Part shown: positions 17,441 to 25,029 of the stretch, piece by piece | Position numbering within the stretch: position 1 is the stretch's first letter | Layout of the letters: every line of letters begins with the position of its first letter | Program-made: the position numbers and the translations under genes | The notes under the pieces: generated by a model | What the model was told of the DNA's origin: nothing | Database searches by the model: none | Seen by the model: the letters and a program-made list of their open reading frames with translations, nothing else | NCBI GenBank assembly: GCA_963808285.1 | Contig: CAWEFI010000013.1 | Location: forward strand, 187 to 32,186 | Source: an uncultured Methanoregulaceae archaeon | Lineage (GTDB): Archaea > Halobacteriota > Methanomicrobia > Methanomicrobiales > Methanospirillaceae | DNA: 32,000 nt | Direction of reading: 5' to 3'

Positions 17441-18331
17441 GTGATCACCGCAGACCACCTCTCCAAGCGCTACGATGGATTTACCGCTCTTGACGACGTG
17501 AGCTTCTCGTTTCCCGGCGCCGGGATCTTCGGGATCGTGGGGCACAACGGGGCGGGCAAGACCACGCTTTTAAAGATTATCTCGGGCCTGATCACCCCCA
17601 CGTCCGGCGACCTTTCCGTGAACGGGATCGATGTCGTCCGCGACCCGGTGACGCTCAAGGAGACGCTGGGCTACCTTCCCGAGGAGTCCCGGCTCTACGA
17701 GACGATGACCGCGGAGGACTACCTCGCGTTCTTCGGCGAGATCTACGGGATCGACAAGGAAGAGATCACCCTCCGGACCCGCCAACTCTTTGCTGCCCTC
17801 TCGCTTGAGACCGGCGGGAAGAAACTGGGCGAGTTCAGTAAGGGCATGAAACGCAAGGCCGCGATCGCCCGCTCCCTCATCCACGACCCGAAATTCCTGG
17901 TCTACGATGAGCCGACAAGCGGCCTCGACCCGATGACCTCCCGGTTCATCGCCGGGTACTTGCGCAGGCTCAAGGGAGAGGGCCGGACCATCGTGCTCTC
18001 GGCCCACAACCTGTTCCAGGTCGAGGCGATCTGCGACCGGGTGATGATCCTCCGGCGCGGGAAAGTGGTGGCGCTGGGCACCATGGACGAGCTCCGCGAG
18101 CAGTTCGGCTCGATCACGTACACGATCTGGTTTGCCCACGCCTATCCGTCACGCATCGACCGGCACACGGTACCCTACAGGCAGGATGACCGGGGACTTG
18201 CCTGCGATGCCGGGGACTTGGCGGCCTTAAACGCGTGCTCTGCCGCGATCGCGGCCGCAGGCGGGAGGGTGGAGCGGATCGAGTCCCGGTACCCGTCGCT
18301 CGAAGAGATGCTCGTTGCGATCGGCGAGTAA
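17441..18331 (+). CDS. ABC transporter ATP-binding protein (NatA-like)
   Basis: A GTG at 17441 gives (M)ITADHLSKRYDGFTALDDVSF. The Walker A motif GHNGAGKTT, the signature FSKGMKRK (LSGGQ-type position), the Walker B motif FLVYDEPTSGLD and the H-loop LSAHN are all present, followed by an extra C-terminal domain of about 75 aa. The gene is divergent from the two permease genes. Confidence 0.9.
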   Translation: MITADHLSKRYDGFTALDDVSFSFPGAGIFGIVGHNGAGKTTLLKIISGLITPTSGDLSVNGIDVVRDPVTLKETLGYLPEESRLYETMTAEDYLAFFGEIYGIDKEEITLRTRQLFAALSLETGGKKLGEFSKGMKRKAAIARSLIHDPKFLVYDEPTSGLDPMTSRFIAGYLRRLKGEGRTIVLSAHNLFQVEAICDRVMILRRGKVVALGTMDELREQFGSITYTIWFAHAYPSRIDRHTVPYRQDDRGLACDAGDLAALNACSAAIAAAGGRVERIESRYPSLEEMLVAIGE

Positions 18332-18666
18332 GAAAAAGGCTGGTGATGAGGCAATGATCAGCCCCAAATAGGAAAGATGACTCCCTCTTTTTTTGGTCGG
18401 TAAAGGACCATTCTCATTTGTTATAATTGCCCCCCTTTTCGCGCCACCTGTCCCCCGAGAAGGACGGGGCGCTATTAGCGATGACAGCAGAACAGGTAAT
18501 ACAGCATTATCGCAATGTAGGGACGCCACAGCGGCGGGGACGAGCCAGAGGCCCAGTCCCCGGGAGCGTCAGAGTGAGCAGGCATTATTCAACAAATTCA
18601 ACATTTTGGTCGCTGGAATGAGACCATACCCTAATGAAAAAAAGATTTTGTCCACGGGCCAGGGTG

Positions 18667-20214
18667 TCACGCGATCCTTACCGCCGCGCCGCTGTTTCGG
18701 GCGGAGGTGATTATCGTGGTTCCTCCCCCGATTTCCTGCATGAACGCCTTCGCTGCCCGTTCAATCTCCTGCATCCCCGTATCGGTTATGGCATATACGG
18801 TCGGGCCAAACGAACTCATGCCGGCCCCGGCTGCCCCGGCCGCACGCATCGTGTCAAGTAGACCAGTGACCTCCCGGGGCTGGATGGCGAGTTCAACCTT
18901 TTTGAAACCAAGCTCCTGAATGGCATTGACCGAGGTGCCGAACAAGTCGAGATCCCGTTCCGCGAGCCCGGGAAGCATCCGCATCAGGACCTCATGGCAG
19001 AGTGTCCTGACCTCGTCAACCGGCAGCGGGCAGCAGGTACGGAAAATCTCTTGCTCCCTCATTCCGCTCGCCCCTTCCGGGAGTGCCGGGATCGCAAGCA
19101 GGATGCGCCAGTCGCCGGGAAAATCGTGATGGATAAGCACCGGCGGCGGCTGTACGCCCTTTGACGCGGATGATGGCGCAAAGCCGGTTTTTTCGCAGCC
19201 CGGCCCGAACCGATGCCCGCCGTCAACGATGAAACCCCCATGCTCAAACGCGGCAGTACCGATACCGGAGGTCCCGCCGCGCCCGACCATCCGTGCGAGT
19301 GCTCCCGTGGTCAGGGCTTTTCCGTACAGCTCGCAGCAGGCCCGGGCCGTAGCAAGCGCTAGCTGGGAACCACCCCCGAGGCCGATGTGGGTCGGGAAGT
19401 GTTCCCGCACCGTGAGCGACACGCTCCCCCCCGCATGGATCCGGGCGAGCACGCTTTTTGCACTATCCCGGACCAGTGCCGCAGTCCGGCTGTCACAGCC
19501 ATGGACTTCAAGCGAAGGGCTTGCCTGTGCCTCGAGAAGGATCGAGGGAGCGTCAAGGGCAATCCCGATCCCGCCGTCAACTCTGCCAAGGCCGCCGTTC
19601 ATATCGAGCAGGGTAATATGGATGCGCGACGGTGTCCCTACAATCACCCTGCGCTCGTCAAGGAATTTGTTGTACGGGAACTGCTCTTCAATGAAGATGA
19701 GCGGCTCCCCGCCATGGATAATCTGGTACTGCCGTATCAGCAGCGGTTCGTTTTTGCAGATCGAAAAGATCCCGCTCACGTCATCCTTCGCGGAGGTTAC
19801 CCGGGCGGTGAGGATCTCCCTCCGGGCCTCGATATGGTGGCGCTCTATGATCCTGCCAATAGGTATGTCGGCCTTCATGAGGTCGTCCCGGAACTCCGTT
19901 GCAAGCCGGGCAACAGGGGTCTGCGATGTCGCGTAGACGAGCACGTCCCCGGTTGTAGCGTCCAGGAGTTCCACGATCCGGTGATTCACCGCATCGCCCT
20001 GGGCAATGTTGAGGCGTTCTGCTGCGAGGGTATCGGCTTTAACGATTTCCTGTTCGCGGGTCCGGACCGATACCGGGTGACCGGTGATCGACTCCAGCAG
20101 CTGCGTGACCGACCCGTCAGTACCCAGAAGAATTTTCTGCACGGGAGAGAGCCTGCCCACATACTCTTCAATCTCTTTGAGACGGTGTGCGATATCCATC
20201 CACACAACCTCCAT
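18667..20214 (-). CDS. mptG: Fusion of a chorismate-lyase-like (DUF98) domain and beta-ribofuranosyl(amino/hydroxy)benzene 5'-phosphate synthase (GHMP-kinase fold)
   Basis: ATG candidates lie at 20214 and 20199; the track start at 20250 is a TTG. The N-terminal roughly 190 aa contain LSPVQKILLGTDGSVTQLLESITGHPVSV, the hallmark of the DUF98/UbiC-like lyase fold. From RRVIVGTPSRIHITLLDMNGGLGRVDGGIGIAL onward the sequence matches RFAP synthase, including the GHMP motif GLGGGSQLALA. Confidence 0.85.
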   Translation of the reverse strand: MEVVWMDIAHRLKEIEEYVGRLSPVQKILLGTDGSVTQLLESITGHPVSVRTREQEIVKADTLAAERLNIAQGDAVNHRIVELLDATTGDVLVYATSQTPVARLATEFRDDLMKADIPIGRIIERHHIEARREILTARVTSAKDDVSGIFSICKNEPLLIRQYQIIHGGEPLIFIEEQFPYNKFLDERRVIVGTPSRIHITLLDMNGGLGRVDGGIGIALDAPSILLEAQASPSLEVHGCDSRTAALVRDSAKSVLARIHAGGSVSLTVREHFPTHIGLGGGSQLALATARACCELYGKALTTGALARMVGRGGTSGIGTAAFEHGGFIVDGGHRFGPGCEKTGFAPSSASKGVQPPPVLIHHDFPGDWRILLAIPALPEGASGMREQEIFRTCCPLPVDEVRTLCHEVLMRMLPGLAERDLDLFGTSVNAIQELGFKKVELAIQPREVTGLLDTMRAAGAAGAGMSSFGPTVYAITDTGMQEIERAAKAFMQEIGGGTTIITSARNSGAAVRIA

Positions 20215-20269
20215 GCCGGAAATATTAAGGTTGCTGATCCAGCCGAACAATCATCGAAAAAAACGGCAT

Positions 20270-20650
20270 TCACCCTTTCCGGGGGCCTCGGTGAACACCC
20301 TTCCGGTTTTTTGGGGGGTACAACGGCTGTGGCACCTGTGTGGTGATCGTATTGATGGCATCTGTCGTGAGCCGGCCCTTGAGGCCGATCACGTCGCCTG
20401 ACCGGATCACGTTGACCTTTGCGGTGAGGACAAAACTTTCGCTGAAGAGATCGAGGCCCCCCTCGCTAAAATCGTCAAGCCCGAGCGGGATGCTGGGGGC
20501 ACCGGACGGGGGTTTGCTGCTGACCGGGCAGACGCAGACATCCCCGTTTTCCCGTGCCGAAACGACCACGGCGGGCCGGGTCTTTGTGTCGCGCCGCTCA
20601 TCAAAGGGAACCGGGGCAAGGATCACATCACCCCGCACAAAACGTCCCAT
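20270..20650 (-). CDS. PemK/MazF-like toxin-fold protein, with no recognisable antitoxin gene
   Basis: The ATG at 20650 gives MGRFVRGDVILAPVPFDERRDTKTRPAVVVSARENGDVCVCPVSSKPPSGAPSIPL...SFVLTAKVNVIRSGDVIGLKGRLT. This fits the PemK pattern (RGDI..v.f......K.RPavVvS......v.v.PiTS....... ...S.v....v.ti....i....G.l). It ends 20-55 nt upstream of the RFAP synthase start. Confidence 0.6.
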   Translation of the reverse strand: MGRFVRGDVILAPVPFDERRDTKTRPAVVVSARENGDVCVCPVSSKPPSGAPSIPLGLDDFSEGGLDLFSESFVLTAKVNVIRSGDVIGLKGRLTTDAINTITTQVPQPLYPPKNRKGVHRGPRKG

Positions 20651-20814
20651 ACCCGGATAATCCGGCTTTTCAAGAGCATAAGGCAATTGATCAGTTTTTC
20701 AGTGTGGGCTCCTTTTTCCGGTCGCACAACACAGGTAAGACGCGCCACACGGCCATGAGAAACCCTTTACATCCGGGCGGTGGATGATCGCATCAGTACA
20801 CGGTGGTGAAAACA

Positions 20815-21414
20815 ATGCAGTTTGCAGAATGCGTGATGCAGCGGTATGCGACAAAGAAGTTTGACGGCAGGACAATTCCCGCAGCAAAGGTAAACGAACT
20901 GCTGGAGCTGGTGCGGTTTGCACCCTCGGCCCTGAACCTCCAGCCCTGGAAGATCAAGGTGATTGCGGACAAGGCAACCAAAGCGGCGCTCCGCCCGGTT
21001 TCCAACGACCAGGAGCAGATCACGACCTGTTCGCACCTGCTCGTCTTCTGCGCAGATGTGGATTACGACAGCCTGAACAAACGGCTCAGTGAGCTGATGA
21101 AGAAGAACCACGTACCGGACGAGATTATCAAGATGGTTACCGGAATGGCGGCAGGGTTTGTCGCGGGGATGTCCCCGGAGCAGCGGGCCGCATGGTCGCA
21201 GGCGCAGACCTACCTGGCGCTCGGAAACGCCCTCAACGGCGCAAAGTCTCTCGGCTTTGACTCCTGCCCTATGGGCGGGTTCGACCCCAGGGAATATTCC
21301 CGGATCCTCAAGATCCCGGCGCATCTCACCCCGGTGATGCTCTGCCCGATCGGGTACGCGGCAGACAAGCCGGGGCCGAAGATCCGGCATTCCCGGGACG
21401 AGATCGTTTTCTGA
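20815..21414 (+). CDS. Nitroreductase-family NAD(P)H:FMN oxidoreductase
   Basis: The ATG at 20815 gives MQFAECVMQRYATKKFDGRTIPAAKVNELLELVRFAPSALNLQPWKIKVI. The C-terminal CPMGGFD and PIGYAADKPGPKIRHSRDEIV are also classic nitroreductase motifs. Confidence 0.85.
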   Translation: MQFAECVMQRYATKKFDGRTIPAAKVNELLELVRFAPSALNLQPWKIKVIADKATKAALRPVSNDQEQITTCSHLLVFCADVDYDSLNKRLSELMKKNHVPDEIIKMVTGMAAGFVAGMSPEQRAAWSQAQTYLALGNALNGAKSLGFDSCPMGGFDPREYSRILKIPAHLTPVMLCPIGYAADKPGPKIRHSRDEIVF

Positions 21415-21441
21415 AGCGGGTGCGGTCCTGTCCACAACTCG

Positions 21442-22020
21442 TCATTTTTTTGATATCGATGAAAGCCAGGCACGGGGGCCTTCAGCCCGGGTGCGGCTCT
21501 CGAAGACCGCCGGCCTGATGTAATTGATAGACCACCCCTCCCGGAAGCTGTCCTGTATCTCTCTCTTTGTTATCCTCCTCGGGCCGTATACGCCGGGTTC
21601 CAGTTCGGAAAAGCAGAGCATGAAGTATTTCCCGGCCGTGGACAGGATGGCTGCAAGGTTATCCACGAAGACCGGGCGGTCTTCATCGGACAGGGTATGG
21701 AAGAGCCCTGAATCGGTGGCGGTATCGAATTTCCTGTTGAGCCTTGCGAGGTCCAGTGCGTTCAGGACAAGAAAATGCACCGGGAGTCCTCTTCCGGCAG
21801 CCTTCTCCTTTGCCTTCTGGATCGCGAGGGGGGCGGAGTCGATCCCCCACACCTCATGTCCTTCCCCTGCAAAGAAGAGGGCATGCTCCCCGGTCCCGCA
21901 TCCTATGTCCAGGACGGATCCCATTATCTCTCCCCTCCGGGCCAGCTCAACGAATTCCTTCTGGGGCCGGCCGATGTCCCAGGGAGGGGTGCCCTGGTAT
22001 GCCGCGTCAAAGAAATCCAT
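21442..22020 (-). CDS. Class I SAM-dependent methyltransferase
   Basis: 192 aa with TPPWDIGRPQKEF, motif I VLDIGCGTGEHALFFA, VWGIDSAPLAI and FDTATDSGLFHTL. Confidence 0.85.
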   Translation of the reverse strand: MDFFDAAYQGTPPWDIGRPQKEFVELARRGEIMGSVLDIGCGTGEHALFFAGEGHEVWGIDSAPLAIQKAKEKAAGRGLPVHFLVLNALDLARLNRKFDTATDSGLFHTLSDEDRPVFVDNLAAILSTAGKYFMLCFSELEPGVYGPRRITKREIQDSFREGWSINYIRPAVFESRTRAEGPRAWLSSISKK

Positions 22021-22128
22021 ACTTCCCCATGGTTTCTGATATGCTTATCATTATTTCTTCACGACACGGCAGCTTACCGGGGTGTCCGGAGTTTTCCGGT
22101 CGTTGCCAGCCGGTCCGGGTTGCCCGTC

Positions 22129-23253
22129 TCACCTCAGGTTACCACCGGGTATCAATTCATCCTCAATAGTGTACGTTTTTCCCGAGTACATGGTGACGAT
22201 GACCTGAAGCCGATCAGTTCCGCGGGTACCCTGCAGTTTCACCTCAGATCCCATGTGGTTGAAGTCAAGTTTTCCCGTGGTGACTGTGCCATCGGATCTC
22301 GTCAGGATCACCTGGTTATCCTGCACGAGTCCCTGCCCGGGACCCCCTTCGAATATGATATTTACCATCAGGGTGACAGGATCCTTATCAGCGACGACAA
22401 TGAGCTGGGTAGTATTCGGCAGCGCCTGTGTCGGGCCAGCTGTGAGGACTACCGTATTTATCGGGGCATTTGAACTCCGGTAATCCACCGCGGTCGTGGG
22501 GATCGGGGCCGGTGCCCCAATACCCCAACCGCCGTGGATGCCTACGGGGTTGAGTAACTGGGTGGGGATAATCGGGAGGACGAGGTACAGTGCAGCGAGG
22601 ATGAGGATCACAATAACCGCACCGATAATCCTCCTCCTCTTGACCCGAGAGGATGGCGGGGTTGCCGCAACGGATTGTTGTGTCGGGGTCCGTCCGGCCT
22701 CTGGCGGCGGAGGAGATATTGGATTCAAAGACACCGGTGCCCCGCATTTTTCACAGAACCTGGCGATTGGTGAGAGGGGGGTGCTGCATACAGCGCAGAC
22801 TACCATGTCCTCGCGCGGTAAAAGAATATCCCCGATGATCCCGACAAGTTCATCGATATGCTTTTCAAGGGGAGGCGTAAAGGCGTCCAGCCAGTTCGGG
22901 ACGCTGATCAGGTACTCCATCGATTTCGAAGGCTGGATATCTTCAATGCGGAACGGAACGATAATGCGCCCCTTATTCACGGCATTCGTCAATTCCCTGA
23001 GCACGTGAGGGGAATCGTTTGAATGGGATGAAAAGATGAGCACCATCGCACCGCTCCTTTCGATCCCTTCGATAATTGCCTTCGGAAATTCCGTGCCCGG
23101 CGGCGCATCCCGGGGGGCAATCCAGCACCTGAATTCATGGGATTCCAGCGCTGCGCACACGGCATCGGCTACTCGCTTATCCGGCTTGGCATAGCTGATG
23201 AAGACATCGTAGAGGATACGACGGGACCCGGAAAATTCATCAGAATCTGGCAT
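22129..23253 (-). CDS. TIR-domain membrane protein: cytoplasmic TIR, zinc ribbon, single TM, outside beta-rich domain
   Basis: Starts at the ATG at 23253 (the track start at 23298 is a GTG). The TIR signature is YDVFISYAKPDKRVADAVCAALESHEFRCWIAPRDAPPGTEFPKAIIEGIERSGAMVLIFSSHSNDSPHVLRELTNAV, with the Glu codon at 22993-22995. The ribbon is CAVC-x10-CEKC. RVKRRR is followed by IIGAVIVILILAALYLVLPII (22567-22629). The C-terminal roughly 145 aa are paralogous to the protein at 13847..14365. Confidence 0.8.
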   Translation of the reverse strand: MPDSDEFSGSRRILYDVFISYAKPDKRVADAVCAALESHEFRCWIAPRDAPPGTEFPKAIIEGIERSGAMVLIFSSHSNDSPHVLRELTNAVNKGRIIVPFRIEDIQPSKSMEYLISVPNWLDAFTPPLEKHIDELVGIIGDILLPREDMVVCAVCSTPLSPIARFCEKCGAPVSLNPISPPPPEAGRTPTQQSVAATPPSSRVKRRRIIGAVIVILILAALYLVLPIIPTQLLNPVGIHGGWGIGAPAPIPTTAVDYRSSNAPINTVVLTAGPTQALPNTTQLIVVADKDPVTLMVNIIFEGGPGQGLVQDNQVILTRSDGTVTTGKLDFNHMGSEVKLQGTRGTDRLQVIVTMYSGKTYTIEDELIPGGNLR

Positions 23254-23335
23254 GCACTGTCCGAACCCGTAACATGTGGATCCGGAATCTCCATTCACTG
23301 TTTCTTGGTCATTTCCGGACTATTATCTTTTACGT

Positions 23336-24430
23336 TCACCCGAAACGCACAATTTTAAGTTGAACCTTTGCAAGGATCCCCGGCAGCGTCCGTATGGCGT
23401 TACGGTCTTTCTCTTTCTGCTGCTCAGGGAGCGGTTCCCATGGCATCAGGCAATCATGCGTCCTGAGTTTTTCGTTCGTCTCAGGGCCCTGCACCCAACC
23501 TCTTTTCAGGTGCTCGTCCATCCAGCGCTCGTGTTCCATCTGTGCGAGCATTTCAATCTCGGCCGGCGTGAATTCAAACAATGTTTCATTGGCATCGGTG
23601 GAAATCCCGATTGCGCAGTGGATCACCTGCAGTTTTTTACAGATGTCATCCGCTTGTTTGAGGTTTGCTTCCTGCAAATGATGGGAGAGCTCGTTCCAGG
23701 GGCGCATGGACGGTTTTGTTTGCGGGGTCAACCCAGCATTTTGCTGCTGTGCGCTGTATTCTTCGTGGATTGCGCGTGCCACCAGTTCGTGCGTCCCTCT
23801 GACGCCAACGTCATAATATTTTTTCAACATCATCCTGATCTTTTCTGAATCAATCCAGCCTTTATCGATCTGAGCTACAATCCGATCTATCTCTTTTCCC
23901 TGCCTGATGATCTTGTGGGAGACTGCTTTGTCATCCAGCATATCGCAGAGCCCGATAATAATCGCAACAGGGTTGCGAAGGTGATCCCCCAGTGTCGCGA
24001 ACTGTTCGATATTTTTCTCAATCTGTTCGTATGCATCCTGTCTCAACCGGTTCATCTCGACCTGGTCGGTTACGTCGAGGGCAAAGATCATAACCCGGGA
24101 ATTTTTCTCTTTCCTGTCCTTGCAGGGGATGATGCAAAATTTCAGGCTCTTTGCGCCCGAATGAGGCGTATCAATCCTGCGGATGATCCCGTTCTTTGTC
24201 TCGCCGGATGAGATGGCGAGGCGGATATCGTGGAAAAAATCCTCCCTGTCATCCGGAAACAGATCGCCGATTGTTCGCTTACCGGAAGGGGTTCCGGCAG
24301 GTGCCAGGAGATCCGTGCATGATCTGTTTTCCCAGAATATGGTGCCGCCGGCATCAGTAAAAAAAACCAGCACCGGCAGCGAATTTAAAACCTGTTCGAA
24401 ATCGACATTTTCGTCTTCTGATGGTTTCAT
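23336..24430 (-). CDS. PAS sensor / DHp-like helix with degenerate H-box / C-terminal RyR-domain protein (no HATPase domain)
   Basis: Starts at the ATG at 24430 (the track start at 24574 is a TTG). A TATA-like atatacgatatta lies about 60-70 nt upstream. The PAS domain is LPVLVFFTDAGGTIFWENRSCTDLL...KFCIIPCKD...VMIFALDVTDQVEM. The helix carries FATLGDHLRNPVAIIIG. The RyR-like repeats are LVARAIHEEYS...RPWNELSHHLQEANLKQADDICKKL and EIEMLAQMEHERWMDEHLKRGWVQGPETNEKLRTHDCLMPWEPLPEQQKEKDRNAIRTLPGIL. Confidence 0.75.
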   Translation of the reverse strand: MKPSEDENVDFEQVLNSLPVLVFFTDAGGTIFWENRSCTDLLAPAGTPSGKRTIGDLFPDDREDFFHDIRLAISSGETKNGIIRRIDTPHSGAKSLKFCIIPCKDRKEKNSRVMIFALDVTDQVEMNRLRQDAYEQIEKNIEQFATLGDHLRNPVAIIIGLCDMLDDKAVSHKIIRQGKEIDRIVAQIDKGWIDSEKIRMMLKKYYDVGVRGTHELVARAIHEEYSAQQQNAGLTPQTKPSMRPWNELSHHLQEANLKQADDICKKLQVIHCAIGISTDANETLFEFTPAEIEMLAQMEHERWMDEHLKRGWVQGPETNEKLRTHDCLMPWEPLPEQQKEKDRNAIRTLPGILAKVQLKIVRFG

Positions 24431-24834
24431 ACCCTGATTCGCACCTGCTATCGTAATTATTGGTACTATGCAGATGTCCTGGTTAATATCGTATATGCAT
24501 GACAAAACCCGGACCTGGTCCTTCGACTGATGATCAAGATCGGCCGGAATATTTTTCCTGGCCACAATCAACAAGGGTTACGTTGTTTACGAGGGGTGAC
24601 CACAATTTCACCACGTTAAAATTCTCGAGATAACTGCAAGTGCACCAGAACTAAAAAACCACTGCAGTTGCCTAAATCGTAAGCCTCAGGTATAGCCCCT
24701 ACCACTATGCATAATTTTAGTTTGAAATTTGGGGGGTGAGATCCCGTATCACGCACGCTTAACCCGGGACCGGGTATCGACGCTATTTTACCATACCTGT
24801 GCCTGCTTTCCGGCGCACGCGATCAATAGGAGAA

Positions 24835-25029
24835 ATGATGGAAAATTTGACATCTAAACCTGACGCGTGTACGCTCTGGACGTCCTATGCTTGCTCTGCA
24901 CAAGGATCTTTGGCTTGCTCAAATCAGTACCTGCGCATTGGTGCCTGGCTGCAGGATTTCCGATGCGGTAATTCTGTTCGGCCAAAGACGGCCGGGGAGA
25001 CCTCACAACATTTTTTGGATTCTTTTTAG
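24835..25029 (+). CDS. Speculative small Cys-rich ORF (64 aa)
   Basis: An ATG is preceded by ataggagaa. MMENLTSKPDACTLWTSYACSAQGSLACSNQYLRIGAWLQDFRCGNSVRPKTAGETSQHFLDSF has four Cys. I recognise no family, and it sits in an otherwise stop-rich AT-richer spacer. Confidence 0.15.
   Translation: MMENLTSKPDACTLWTSYACSAQGSLACSNQYLRIGAWLQDFRCGNSVRPKTAGETSQHFLDSF

Noticed and set aside
18332-18666. 335-bp convergent spacer. I tried to read a C/D-box sRNA from gTGATGAg (18343-18349) and aGATGAc (about 18376). There is also a GGGGAC...GTCCCC hairpin (18536-18561) and ORFs 18393..18710 and 18427..18621.
   Set aside because: There are no CTGA D or D' boxes at the required spacing on either strand, and no terminal stem. 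The ORFs are not protein-like. The T7 tracts at each end (about 18387 and 18636-18642) look like the terminators of the two convergent genes. The middle roughly 230 bp stay unexplained but unremarkable.
19229-20346. ORFs 19229..19936 and 19387..20346 on the plus strand, opposite the RFAP synthase gene.
   Set aside because: They are shadow ORFs. The minus strand carries an uninterrupted, motif-rich 500+ aa protein, while the plus-strand products are low-complexity.
20767-21435. ORF 20767..21435(-), 222 aa, opposite the nitroreductase gene, and ORF 20699..20923(-) as a possible MazF antitoxin.
   Set aside because: Both overlap the well-supported plus-strand nitroreductase gene and have junk-like composition. 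The 74-aa ORF ends 13 nt before the TTG track start of the toxin gene (49 nt before its ATG), but it shows no antitoxin-like (RHH/AbrB/HTH) pattern.
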